64,000 nucleotides of DNA from Macrostomum lignano (Eukaryota), in contig NIVC01000566.1 in NCBI GenBank assembly GCA_002269645.1, positions 372,001-436,000 of the forward strand, written 5' to 3'. Each line of letters starts with the position of its first letter. The stretch's first letter is position 1. The position numbers and the translations under genes were made by a program. Below are positions 25,240-37,676 of the stretch, one piece after another. The notes beneath the pieces were generated by a model. The model did not search any database, had not been told where the DNA came from, and saw nothing but the letters and a program-made list of their open reading frames with translations.

Positions 25240-25510
25240 GCAGTAGTGCTTACGGGAGGAAGTCGCGCCTCTTTCCTTTGGTCTCTAGCTTGGCTGTGGG
25301 TCAGTCAATCGCTTTTATGAAGTTCAGTTGCTGTTTTTGCTCTGCTCCGACATTAGCAAGTAACGCATTCTGCTTTGCTTTGTGTAGTGCTACTCTGCTC
25401 TTCTTTAATTATTCCCGATGTCAATTTCAAACACTGATGTGCTTTTCATGGTCTCTACTGCTTTTCGTCTTGACAGGTTGCTTCGGATTGTGCTGTCTGA
25501 TTATTTTATG
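25240..25510 (-). pseudogene. Decayed inverted duplicate of the 152-aa ORF 5' half
   Basis: The reverse complement (AATCAGACAGCACAATCCGAAGCAACC...ATTGACATCGG...GAAGAGCA...AAGCAAAGCA.AATGCGT) aligns to 24600-24830 with indels, stops and many CpG transitions. Confidence 0.85.
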
Positions 25511-25819
25511 TATATAATATGTAAATATAATTTTATTAAACACTGCCATTAGTTTTGCATTGAATAGACTTGATCTTTACTGTACGCTTGCAAGTAACAA
25601 GGCCGACATAAATGAATAAATTCGGCTAAATGCAGTGTACATTTGTGAGAACCGGGCTGCGACAGTGATGGCGCAATGCATATGCATCAACGGGGGCAGG
25701 CGATCGTTTCAGTAGCTCAATTTCGCTGGCCCAAGAGCTAGGGTTAGGGTTACGATATGGAGTTCTGCAGATTCAACATTCCAACCATGGGATTCCGGGG
25801 ATTTCAATTCAGCGGATTT

Positions 25820-25845
25820 CTCCTCCAACGGAGGAGTTCCACTCG
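25820..25845 (+). terminator. Helitron 3' hairpin and terminus (CTCCTCC-AAC-GGAGGAG, TTCCA, CTCG)
   Basis: Perfect 7-bp stem 5 nt before CTCG|T; the same structure ends at 15714, 36427, 46557 and 49745. Confidence 0.85.
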
Positions 25846-26640
25846 TAGATATACTAAATGTCTAATATCTAATACTATATATAATGATATTAACAACATT
25901 ATTTTTTAATATTATTATAAATGGCAAATTGGGAGTAATTGATAATTGATTTACAATTTAATTTTTCAATCAGACTAATGCCTGGTTTAAGTATCAACTT
26001 AAATAAGGTCTGGCACCTAGACTAAAAAAGCACTAAATCGGGTAAAACTACAACTACATAACCATGATAAGTGTGATATGCATACAATACAAAGCACAGC
26101 AATGCGCTCATTTAGTTAGGGACACTAATCAAAGTCCATAAATTTATATCAATCTGCGCCCTGTAGGGGGCCTAGCTACAAGTGATGCAGTTAAGCAACA
26201 CCATTTTATACAATAATGCTCATTTTGGCATTTCGCTTAAGCAAGGATCCGAGATAAGCATATAATTCGCATGGCCATGTGCTACAATGGAACTTACTAA
26301 GCTAATGCAATGCTAGCTGGTGGGAATTATGCTTCATTTAGACTTTTAAAACGACGCCATAAACAATCCCAAATAGACTACATTGTTGCAGCATTTTGGC
26401 TAAGAATATCATGATATAACTAGCAATCTACGCCCCCCGTTGGGGAGCCAAAGAAATGCTATACACGTTTTTTTAATAAGCTACATGCATCCTTGAAATC
26501 TTAAAAAATCTCCTGTCAAACCTTGTAAGCCTTGACATGTCAGTAATTCCCCCCCCAGCTTTAACATATCAACTTCCCCCCTTGACATCTCAGCAATGCC
26601 CCCAATAAGCCTTGGAAATCTAAAAATATCTGTCAACCTT

Positions 26641-26688
26641 CTAACCCTAACCCTAACCCTAACCCTAACCCTAACAACCTAACCCTAA
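26641..26688. repeat. Interstitial telomere-like (CCCTAA)n
   Basis: CTAACCCTAACCCTAACCCTAACCCTAACCCTAAC... Confidence 0.9.
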
Positions 26689-27444
26689 AGCATTGAAATT
26701 TCAGTAATTCTCTCTAAGAGTCATTATAGCACTACTACAGCATTATAGCGATAAGCTTCTTTTATTTTTTACATATCGCTTTTTTTATCAGCGATCCCTC
26801 GCCTGAGGAGGCATCAAATAATGTAATCAAAAGTTTTCAATAAACTACATGTAGCTTCTGACTTTAGCCTTGAAATCTCATTTATACCCCCGTGAGCCTT
26901 GACATCTCAGCTATTCCCCCCCCCCCGTCCGTAAGCCTTGACATGTCAGCGATGGCCCCCATAAACCTTGAAATCTAAAAAATCCACTGTTAACCTTGAA
27001 ACCCGATAAAATATAACCCTCAACCCACACCTGACCTAAACCTAACTTTAACCCAACCTAAAGCCTTGAAATCTCAGCAATTCTTCTCCCCTAAGCCTTA
27101 AAATTTTAGTGATTCCTTCTTTAAGAATCACAGCACTATAACGATTTCCACCAAGCTTTGACATCGTAGCAATTCCCAAATGAATCTTTTAACTTCGACA
27201 TGACTTTTCTTTTATGTATACGTAGTGCTACTTTTATTTTTTACATGACTCTTCTTCTATCAGCGCCCCCCCCCGTGGCGAGCCAACAAAGAATGCAATA
27301 AAAAAATTGAGTAAAGTACATGAACTTTGAAGTAGCTTCTGACTTTTGCTTTGACATCTCACAACCCCCCCGTAATCTCAGTTATTCTCTGAGAGCCTTT
27401 ACGTCTCAGTTTTTCTCCCCAGCACAGCATTATAGCTGCATTTA

Positions 27445-30400
27445 ATTTTTACATGACACCCTTCATGTCTGACATGACGCTTCTTTTATTCTACCATGAT
27501 GCTTCTTGATTTTTTAAATGACACTTTCATTAGTTTTTAAATGAGGCTCCTATGATTTTTTCATGACGCTTCTATGATTTTTACATGACGCTTCTATGAT
27601 TTTTTACATGACGCTTCTATGATTATTTCATGACGCTTCTATGATTTTTTACATGACGCTTCTATGATTATTTCATGACGCTTCTATGATTTTTTACATG
27701 ACGCTTCTATGATTGTTTACATGACGCTTCTATGTTTTTTTACATGACGCTTCTATGATTGTTTACACGACGCTTCTGTGATTTTTTACATGACGCTTCG
27801 ATAATTTTTTACATTACGCTTCTATGATTGTTTACATGACGCTTCTTTTGATTTTTACATGACGCTTCTTTTATTCTTCCATGACGCTTCTATGATTTCT
27901 TAAATGACACTTCCATTAGTTTTTATATAAGGCTTCTATGATTCTCTACATGACGCTTCTATGATTTTTAAATGACGCTTCTACGATTATTTACGTGACT
28001 CTTCTATGATTGTTTACATGACGCTTATATGATTGTTTACATGACGCTTCTTTGATTCTCTACATGACGCTTCTATGATTTTTTACATGACGCTTCTATG
28101 ATTGTTTTTAATGACGCTTCTGTGATTTTTTACATGACGCTTTTATGATTGTTTACATGACGCTTCTATGATTTTTTTACATGACGCTTCTATAAATGTT
28201 TACAAGACGCTTCTATGATTTTTTACATGACGCTTCTATGATTGTTTACATGACGCTACTTTTGATTTTTACATGACGCTTCTATGATTTTTTACATGAC
28301 GCTTCTATGATTGTTTACATGACGCTTCTGTGATTTTTTACATGACGCTTCTATGATTTTTTACATGACGCTTATATGATTTTTTACATGACGCTTCGAT
28401 AATTTTTTACATGACGCTTCTATGATTGTTTACATGACGCTTCTTTGATTCTCTACATGACGCTTCTATGATTTTTTACATGACGCTTCTATGATTGTTT
28501 TTAATGACGCTTCTATGATTTTTTACATGACGCTTCTATGATTTTTTACATGACGCTTTTATGATTGTTTACATGACGCTTCTATGATTTTTTACATGAC
28601 GCTTCTATAAATGTTTACACGACGCTTCTATGATTTTTTACATGACGCTTCTATGATTGTTTAAATGACGCTACTTTTGATTTTTACATGACGCTTCTAT
28701 GATTTTTTACATGACGCTTCTATGATTTTTTACATGGCGCTTCTATGATTGTTTACATGACGCTTTTATGATTTTTACATGACGCTTCTATGATCGTTTA
28801 CATGACGCTTCTATGATTCTTTACATGACGCTTCTATGATTTTTTACATGACGCTTCTATGATTGTTTACATGACGCTTCTTTTGATTTTTACATGACGC
28901 TTCTTTTATTCTTCCATGACGCTTCTATGATTTCTTAAATGACACTTCCATTAGTTTTTATATAAGGCTTCTATGATTTTTACATGACGCTTCTATGATT
29001 CTCTACATGACGCTTCTATGATTTTTAAATGACGCTTCTACGATTTTTTACGTGACGCTTCTATGATTGTTTACATGACGCTTCTGTGATTTTATACATG
29101 ACGCTTCTATGATTTTTTACATTACGCTTCTATGATTGTTTACATGACGCTTCTATGATTGTTTACATGACGCTTCGATAATTTTTTACATGACGCTTCT
29201 ATGATTGTTTACATGACGCTTCCTTGATTCTCTACATGACGCTTCTATGATCTTTTACATGACGCTTCTATGATTTTCTACATGACGCTTCCATGATTTT
29301 TTTACATGACGCTTTTATGATTGTTTACATGACGCTTCTATGATTGCTTACATGACGCTTCTATGATTTTAACATGACGCTTCTATGATTGTTTACATGA
29401 CGCTTCTGTGATTTTTTACATGACGCTTCCATGATTTTTTACATGACGCTTCTATGATTGCTTACATGACGCTTCTATGATTTTTACATGCCGCTTCTAT
29501 GATTGTTTACATGACGCTTCTGTGATTTTTTACATGACGCTTCTTTGATTCTCTACATGACGCTTCTATGATTTTTTACATGACGCTTTTATGATTGTTT
29601 ACATGACGCTTCTATGATTTTTTAAGTGACGCTTCTATGATTTTTTACATGACGCTTCTATGGTTTTTTACATGGCGCTTCTATGATTGTTTACATGACG
29701 CTTCTACGATTTTTACATGACGCTTCAATGATTGTTTACATGACGCTTCCTTGATTTTTTACATGCCGCTTCTATGATTTTTACATGACGCTTCTTTGAT
29801 TCTCTACATGGCGCTTCTACGATTTTTTACATGACGCTTCTCTGATTTTTTACATGACGCTTCTATGATATTTTAAATGACGCTTCTATGATTTTTTACA
29901 TGACGCTTCTATGATTGTTTACATGACGCTTCTATGATTTTTTACATGGCGCTTCTATGATTGTTTACACGACGCTTCTATGATTTTTTACATGACGCTT
30001 CTATGATTGTTTACATGACGCTTCTTTTGATTTTTACATGACGCTTCTTTTATTCTTCCATGACGCTTCTATGATTTCTTAAATGACACTTCCATTAGTT
30101 TTTATATAAGGCTTCTATGATTTTTTACATGACGCTTCTATGATTCTCTACATGACGCTTCTATGATTTTTAAATGACGCTTCTACGATTTTTTACGTGA
30201 CGCTTCTATGATTGTTTACATGACGCTTCTGTGATTTTTTACATGACGCTTCTATGATTTTTTACATGACGCTTCTATGATTTTTTACATGACGCTTTTA
30301 TGATTTTTTACATGACGCTTCGATAATTTTTTACATGACGCTTCTATAATTGTTTACATGACGCTTCTTTGATTCTCTACATGACGCTTCTATGATTTTT

Positions 30401-33400
30401 TACATGACGCTTCTATTATTGTTTTTAATGACGCTTCTATGATTTTTTACATGACGCTTCTATTATTGTTTTTAATGACGCTTTTATGATTGTTTACATG
30501 ACGCTTCTATGGTTTTTTACATGGCGCTTCTATGATTGTTTACATGACGCTTCTATGATTTTTTACATGACGCTTTCATGATTTTTTTACATGACGCTTC
30601 TATGATTGCTTACATGACGCTTCTATGATTTTTACATGACGCTTCTATGATTGTTTACATGACGCTTCTACGATTTTTTACATGACGCTTCTCTGATTTT
30701 TTACATGACGCTTCTATGATATTTTAAATGACGCTTCTATGATTTTTTACATGACGCTTCTATGATTGTTTACATGACGCTTCTATGATTTTTTACATGG
30801 CGCTTCTATGATTGTTTACACGACGCTTCTATGATTTTTTACATGACGCTTCTATGATTGTTTACATGACGCTTCTTTTGATTTTTACATGACGCTTCTT
30901 TTATTCTTCCATGACGCTTCTATGATTTCTTAAATGACACTTCCATTAGTTTTTATATAAGGCTTCTATGATTTTTTACATGACGCTTCTATGATTTTTA
31001 AATGACGCTTCTACTATTTTTTACGTGACGCTTCTATGATTTTTTACATGACGCTTCTGTGATTTTTTACATGACGCTTCTATGATTTTTTACATGACGC
31101 TTCTATGATTTTTTACATGACGCTTATATGATTTTTTACATGACGCTTATATGATTTTTTACATGACGCTTCGATAATTTTTTACATGACGCTTCTATAA
31201 TTGTTTACATGACGCTTCTTTGATTCTCTACATGACGCTTCTATGATTTTTAAATGACGCTTCTACGATTATTTACGTGACTCTTCTATGATTGTTTACA
31301 TGACGCTTATATGATTGTTTACATGACGCTTCTTTGATTCTCTACATGACGCTTCTATGATTTTTTACATGACGCTTCTATGATTGTTTTTAATGACGCT
31401 TCTATGATTTTTTACATGACGCTTCTGTGATTTTTTACATGACGCTTTTATGATTGTTTACATGACGCTTCTATGATTTTTTTACATGACGCTTCTATAA
31501 ATGTTTACAAGACGCTTTTATGATTTTTTACATGACGCTTCTATGATTGTTTACATGACGCTACTTTTGATTTTTACATGACGCTTCTATGATTTTTTAC
31601 ATGACGCTTCTATGATTGTTTACATGACGCTTCTGTGATTTTTTACATGACGCTTCTATGATTTTTTACATGACGCTTATATGATTTTTTACATGACGCT
31701 TCGATAATTTTTTACATGACGCTTCTATGATTGTTTACATGACGCTTCTTTGATTCTCTACATGACGCTTCTATGATTTTTTACATGACGCTTCTATGAT
31801 TGTTTTTAATGACGCTTCTATGATTTTTTACATGACGCTTCTATGATTTTTTACATGACGCTTTTATGATTGTTTACATGACGCTTCTATGATTTTTTAC
31901 ATGACGCTTCTATAAATGTTTACACGACGCTTCTATGATTTTTTACATGACGCTTCTATGATTGTTTAAATGACGCTACTTTTGATTTTTACATGACGCT
32001 TCTATGATTTTTTACATGACGCTTCTATGATTTTTTACATGGCGCTTCTATGATTGTTTACATGACGCTTTTATGATTTTTACATGACGCTTCTATGATC
32101 GTTTACATGACGCTTCTATGATTGTTTACATGACGCTTCTATGATTTTTTACATGACGCTTCTATGATTGTTTACATGACGCTTCTTTTGATTTTTACAT
32201 GACGCTTCTTTTATTCTTCCATGACGCTTCTATGATTTCTTAAATGACACTTCCATTAGTTTTTATATAAGGCTTCTATGATTTTTTACATGACGCTTCT
32301 ATGATTCTCTACATGACGCTTCTATGATTTTTAAATGACGCTTCTACGATTTTTTACGTGACGCTTCTATGATTGTTTACATGACGCTTCTGTGATTTTA
32401 TACATGACGCTTCTATGATTTTTTACATTACGCTTCTATGATTGTTTACATGACGCTTCTATGATTGTTTACATGACGCTTCGATAATTTTTTACATGAC
32501 GCTTCTATGATTGTTTACATGACGCTTCCTTGATTCTCTACATGACGCTTCTATGATCTTTTACATGACGCTTCTATGATTTTCTACATGACGCTTCCAT
32601 GATTTTTTTACATGACGCTTTTATGATTGTTTACATGACGCTTCTATGATTGCTTACATGACGCTTCTATGATTTTAACATGACGCTTCTATGATTGTTT
32701 ACATGACGCTTCTGTGATTTTTTACATGACGCTTCCATGATTTTTTACATGACGCTTCTATGATTGCTTACATGACGCTTCTATGATTTTTACATGCCGC
32801 TTCTATGATTGTTTACATGACGCTTCTGTGATTTTTTACATGACGCTTCTTTGATTCTCTACATGACGCTTCTATGATTTTTTACATGACGCTTTTATGA
32901 TTGTTTACATGACGCTTCTATGATTTTTTAAGTGACGCTTCTATGATTTTTTACATGACGCTTCTATGGTTTTTTACATGGCGCTTCTATGATTGTTTAC
33001 ATGACGCTTCTACGATTTTTACATGACGCTTCAATGATTGTTTACATGACGCTTCCTTGATTTTTTACATGACGCTTCTATGATTTTTACATGACGCTTC
33101 TTTGATTCTCTACATGACGCTTTCACGATTTTTTACATGACGCTTCTCTGATTTTTTACATGACGCTTCTATGATATTTTAAATGACGCTTCTATGATTT
33201 TTTACATGACGCTTCTATGATTGTTTACATGACGCTTCTATGATTTTTTACATGGCGCTTCTATGATTGTTTACACGACGCTTCTATGATTTTTTACATG
33301 ACGCTTCTATGATTGTTTACATGACGCTTCTTTTGATTTTTACATGACGCTTCTTTTATTCTTCCATGACGCTTCTATGATTTCTTAAATGACACTTCCA

Positions 33401-35815
33401 TTAGTTTTTATATAAGGCTTCTATGATTTTTTACATGACGCTTCTATGATTCTCTACATGACGCTTCTATGATTTTTAAATGACGCTTCTACGATTTTTT
33501 ACGTGACGCTTCTATGATTGTTTACATGACGCTTCTGTGATTTTTTACATGACGCTTCTATGATTTTTTACATGACGCTTCTATGATTTTTTACATGACG
33601 CTTTTATGATTTTTTACATGACGCTTCGATAATTTTTTACATGACGCTTCTATAATTGTTTACATGACGCTTCTTTGATTCTCTACATGACGCTTCTATG
33701 ATTTTTTACATGACGCTTCTATTATTGTTTTTAATGACGCTTCTATGATTTTTTACATGACGCTTCTATTATTGTTTTTAATGACGCTTTTATGATTGTT
33801 TACATGACGCTTCTATGGTTTTTTACATGGCGCTTCTATGATTGTTTACATGACGCTTCTATGATTGTTTACATGACGCTTCTATGATTTTTTACATGAC
33901 GCTTTCATGATTTTTTTACATGACGCTTCTATGATTGCTTACATGACGCTTCTATGATTTTTACATGACGCTTCTATGATTGTTTACATGACGCTTCTAC
34001 GATTTTTTACATGACGCTTCTCTGATTTTTTACATGACGCTTCTATGATATTTTAAATGACGCTTCTATGATTTTTTACATGACGCTTCTATGATTGTTT
34101 ACATGACGCTTCTATGATTTTTTACATGGCGCTTCTATGATTGTTTACACGAAGCTTCTATGATTTTTTACATGACGCTTCTATGATTGTTTACATGACG
34201 CTTCTTTTGATTTTTACATGACGCTTCTTTTATTCTTCCATGACGCTTCTATGATTTCTTAAATGACACTTCCATTAGTTTTTATATAAGGCTTCTATGA
34301 TTTTTTACATGACGCTTCTATGATTCTCTACATGACGCTTCTATGATTTTTAAATGACGCTTCTACGATTTTTTACGTGACGCTTCTATGATTGTTTACA
34401 TGACGCTTCTGTGATTTTTTACATGACGCTTCTATGATTTTTTACATGACGCTTCTATGATTTTTTACATGACGCTTTTATGATTTTTTACATGACGCTT
34501 CGATAATTTTTTACATGACGCTTCTATGATTGTTTACATGACGCTTCTTTGATTCTCTACATGACGCTTCTATGATTTTTTACATGACGCTTCTATTATT
34601 GTTTTTAATGACGCTTCTATGATTTTTTACATGACGCTTCTATTATTGTTTTTAATGACGCTTTTATGATTGTTTACATGACGCTTCTATGGTTTTTTAC
34701 ATGGCGCTTCTATGATTGTTTACATGACGCTTCTATGATTGTTTACATGACGCTTCTATGATTTTTTACATGACGCTTTCATGATTTTTTTACATGACGC
34801 TTCTATGATTGCTTACATGACGCTTCTATGATTTTTACATGACGCTTCTATGATTGTTTACATGACGCTTCTACGATTTTTTACATGACGCTTCTCTGAT
34901 TTTTTACATGACGCTTCTATGATATTTTAAATGACGCTTCTATGATTTTTTACATGACGCTTCTATGATTGTTTACATGACGCTTCTATGATTTTTTACA
35001 TGGCGCTTCTATGATTGTTTACACGACGCTTCTATGATTTTTTACATGACGCTTCTATGATTGTTTACATGACGCTTCTTTTGATTTTTACATGACGCTT
35101 CTTTTATTCTTCCATGACGCTTCTATGATTTCTTAAATGACACTTCCATTAGTTTTTATATAATGCTTCTATGATTTTTACATGACGCTTCTATGATTCT
35201 CTACATGACGCTTCTATGATTTTTAAATGACGCTTCTACGATTTTTTACGTGACGCTTCTATGATTGTTTACATGACGCTTCTGTGATTTTATACATGAC
35301 GCTTCTATGATTTTTTACATGACGCTTCTATGATTTTTTACATGACGCTTATATGATTTTTTACATGACGCTTCGATAATTTTTTACATGACGCTTCTAT
35401 AATTGTTTACATGACGCTTCTTTGATTCTCTACATGACGCTTCTATGATTTTTTACATGACGCTTCTATTATTGTTTTTAATGACGCTTCTATGATTTTT
35501 TACATGACGCTTCTATTATTGTTTTTAATGACGCTTTTATGATTGTTTACATGACGCTTCTATGATTTTTTACATGGCGCTTCTATGATTGTTTACATGA
35601 CGCTTCTATGATTGTTTACATGACGCTTCTATGATTTTTTACATGACGCTTTCATGATTTTTTACATGACGCTTCTATGATTGCTTACATGACGCTTCTA
35701 TGATTGTTCACATGACGCTTCTATGATTTTTCCATGACGCTTCTATGATTGTTTACATGACGCTTCTACGATTTTTTACATGACGCTTCTATGATTTTTA
35801 CAGGACGCTTCTTTT
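27445..35815. repeat. 23-bp satellite array (~8.4 kb, ~365 monomers) with higher-order repeats
   Basis: Consensus ACATGACGCTTCTATGATT(G/T)TTT. The marker variant TAAATGACACTTCCATTAG occurs at 27901, 28936, 30080, 30931, 32241, 33386, 34260 and 35134. Confidence 0.97.
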
Positions 35816-36363
35816 TAAAAAGTCTTTTAGTTTTCCTGACGTTGAAAAGCTTTAATTAAAAAAATTATACTCTATGAAAATTCGAACCATCGTCTCTGCA
35901 TTTAGCAGTTCAGTTTGTTCACCTCTAGGCTAGTTCTTATCGTTTTGATAACATCAAATTTTGCACTTATATAATTCAACACTTTAAAATCCAAGCAGTT
36001 ATGACATAATCAATATCCAGTCAGTCAGTATCAGTTAACAGTATGGTTACGCAATCTAAATCAAGTCTGGTGCTACGCTTCCACACTGCATTTTCAATTC
36101 AAGTCGGAGTTACAATTCAGTTATGATGCAATCTATTTCAGAATCAGAATTCAACCAGTCAGTTTTTTCTCTAGCATTCTTACAATGCATTTCAAGTCGA
36201 AAAGTTTGCTTGACCTTTGCAAAAAAGAATGTTTTTCGAATATTTAATGCCTTTAGCATCGAGCAATTTCTTAGCCACGATGCATGTACAGTCACGGGAA
36301 AATTTCTGATCGAACAGTGCAAGTTCGAACAAAATCGGTCCAGCCATTTTTTCTCTAATCTAT

Positions 36364-36405
<42 letters not shown>

Positions 36406-36761
36406 TCACATTTTTAGTATATAGGACGAGTGGAACTCCTCCGTTGGAGGAGAAATCCGCTGAATTGAAATCCCCGGAATCCCATGGTTGGAATGTTGAA
36501 TCTGCAGAACTCCATATCGTAACCCTAACCCTAGCTCTTGGGCCAGCGAAATTGAGCTACTGAAACGATCGCCTGCCCCCGTTGATGCATATGCATTGCG
36601 CCATCACTGTCGCAGCCCGGTTCTCACAAATGTACACTGCATTTAGCCGAATTTATTCATTTATGTCGGCCTTGTTACTTGCAAGCGTACAGTAAAGATC
36701 AAGTCTATTCAATGCAAAACTAATGGCAGTGTTTAATAAAATTATATTTACATATTATATA

Positions 36762-37032
36762 CATAAAATAATCAGACAGCACAATCCGAAGCAACCTGTC
36801 AAGACGAAAAGCAGTAGAGACCATGAAAAGCACATCAGTGTTTGAAATTGACATCGGGAATAATTAAAGAAGAGCAGAGTAGCACTACACAAAGCAAAGC
36901 AGAATGCGTTACTCGCTAATGTCGGAGCAGAGCAAAAACAGCAACTGAACTTCATAAAAGCGATTGACTGACCCACAGCCAAGCTAGAGACCAAAGGAAA
37001 GAGGCGCGACTTCCTCCCGTAAGCACTACTGC
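36762..37032 (+). pseudogene. Decayed inverted duplicate of the 152-aa ORF (right Helitron copy)
   Basis: Mirror of 25240-25510. Confidence 0.85.
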
Positions 37033-37217
37033 AAGAGGATAATTTGACAGCTATCAATTTTGAGCTTCCTAATTTGGGTTACAACAATTTCTTCCTATTT
37101 CAAAGAGTCTTTGCCCCAAGTTGCTAATAACTTTTTGGCCCAGGTGGTCGCACATCTTTTTACATCCCTTCTGCCGTTAAAATTATTGAAATTGTAAGGT
37201 AATAAATTAATAATAAC

Positions 37218-37676
37218 TCATTCCGCCGACGTCGAGTCCTCCTTGGTGGCCGACGACCCCGCAGCCCGGCCAGCCAGACGCTCGTCGCTCTCGCTCTCGC
37301 TCTTCCGCTCTTCCGCATCTGCCGGGCTGCGAGGTCGTTTGGCTGGTGGCTCCAAGTTGGTTTCGACGTCAGCGAAAAGCAGCTTTTCGTCCTTTTGCAG
37401 CAGGGCTTCCAGTCGGTCGCGCTCCCTCCTCGTGCGCTCTAGCTCAGCCTCCAGATCAGCCAGTCGCTTCTTGTAGTCGTCGAGTTGCTGCTGTTGCTCT
37501 GCTACGACTTCAGCGAGTGACGCATTGTGCTTTGCTTCGCGTAGTGCCGTCTCGTGCTCTTCTCGAATCATTTCCGATGTCAATCTCAGAAACGTACTGA
37601 CGTGCTGTTCGATGGCCTTTTTCTGCTTTTCGAACTTGATCGGGTTGCTCTCGGATTGTGCTGCCTGATGATCCAT
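37218..37676 (-). CDS. Helitron-borne 152-aa coiled-coil ORF (right copy)
   Basis: Translation identical to 24596-25054; one synonymous difference at 37362. Confidence 0.7.
   Translation of the reverse strand: MDHQAAQSESNPIKFEKQKKAIEQHVSTFLRLTSEMIREEHETALREAKHNASLAEVVAEQQQQLDDYKKRLADLEAELERTRRERDRLEALLQKDEKLLFADVETNLEPPAKRPRSPADAEERKSESESDERLAGRAAGSSATKEDSTSAE

Larger units (their letters stand above)
15715..25845 (+). mobile_element. Autonomous Helitron, left copy (10,131 bp)
   Basis: 5' TCTCTTTACTAAAG; 3' 7-bp-stem hairpin plus CTCG|T; encodes a complete RepHel; no TIR or TSD. Confidence 0.96.
26420..36426 (-). mobile_element. Satellite-bearing non-autonomous Helitron-like unit (~10.0 kb)
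   Basis: Minus-strand 5' end TCCTATATACTAAAAATGTGATG-(TA)n-...GGCTGGACCGATTTTG at 36426. Minus-strand 3' end GCTCCCC-AAC-GGGGGGC-GTAGATTG-CTAG|T at 26420. Confidence 0.65.

Noticed and set aside
26641-26688. True telomere or telomere-fusion scar
   Set aside because: The runs are only 5-8 units and recur at homologous positions inside repeat units.
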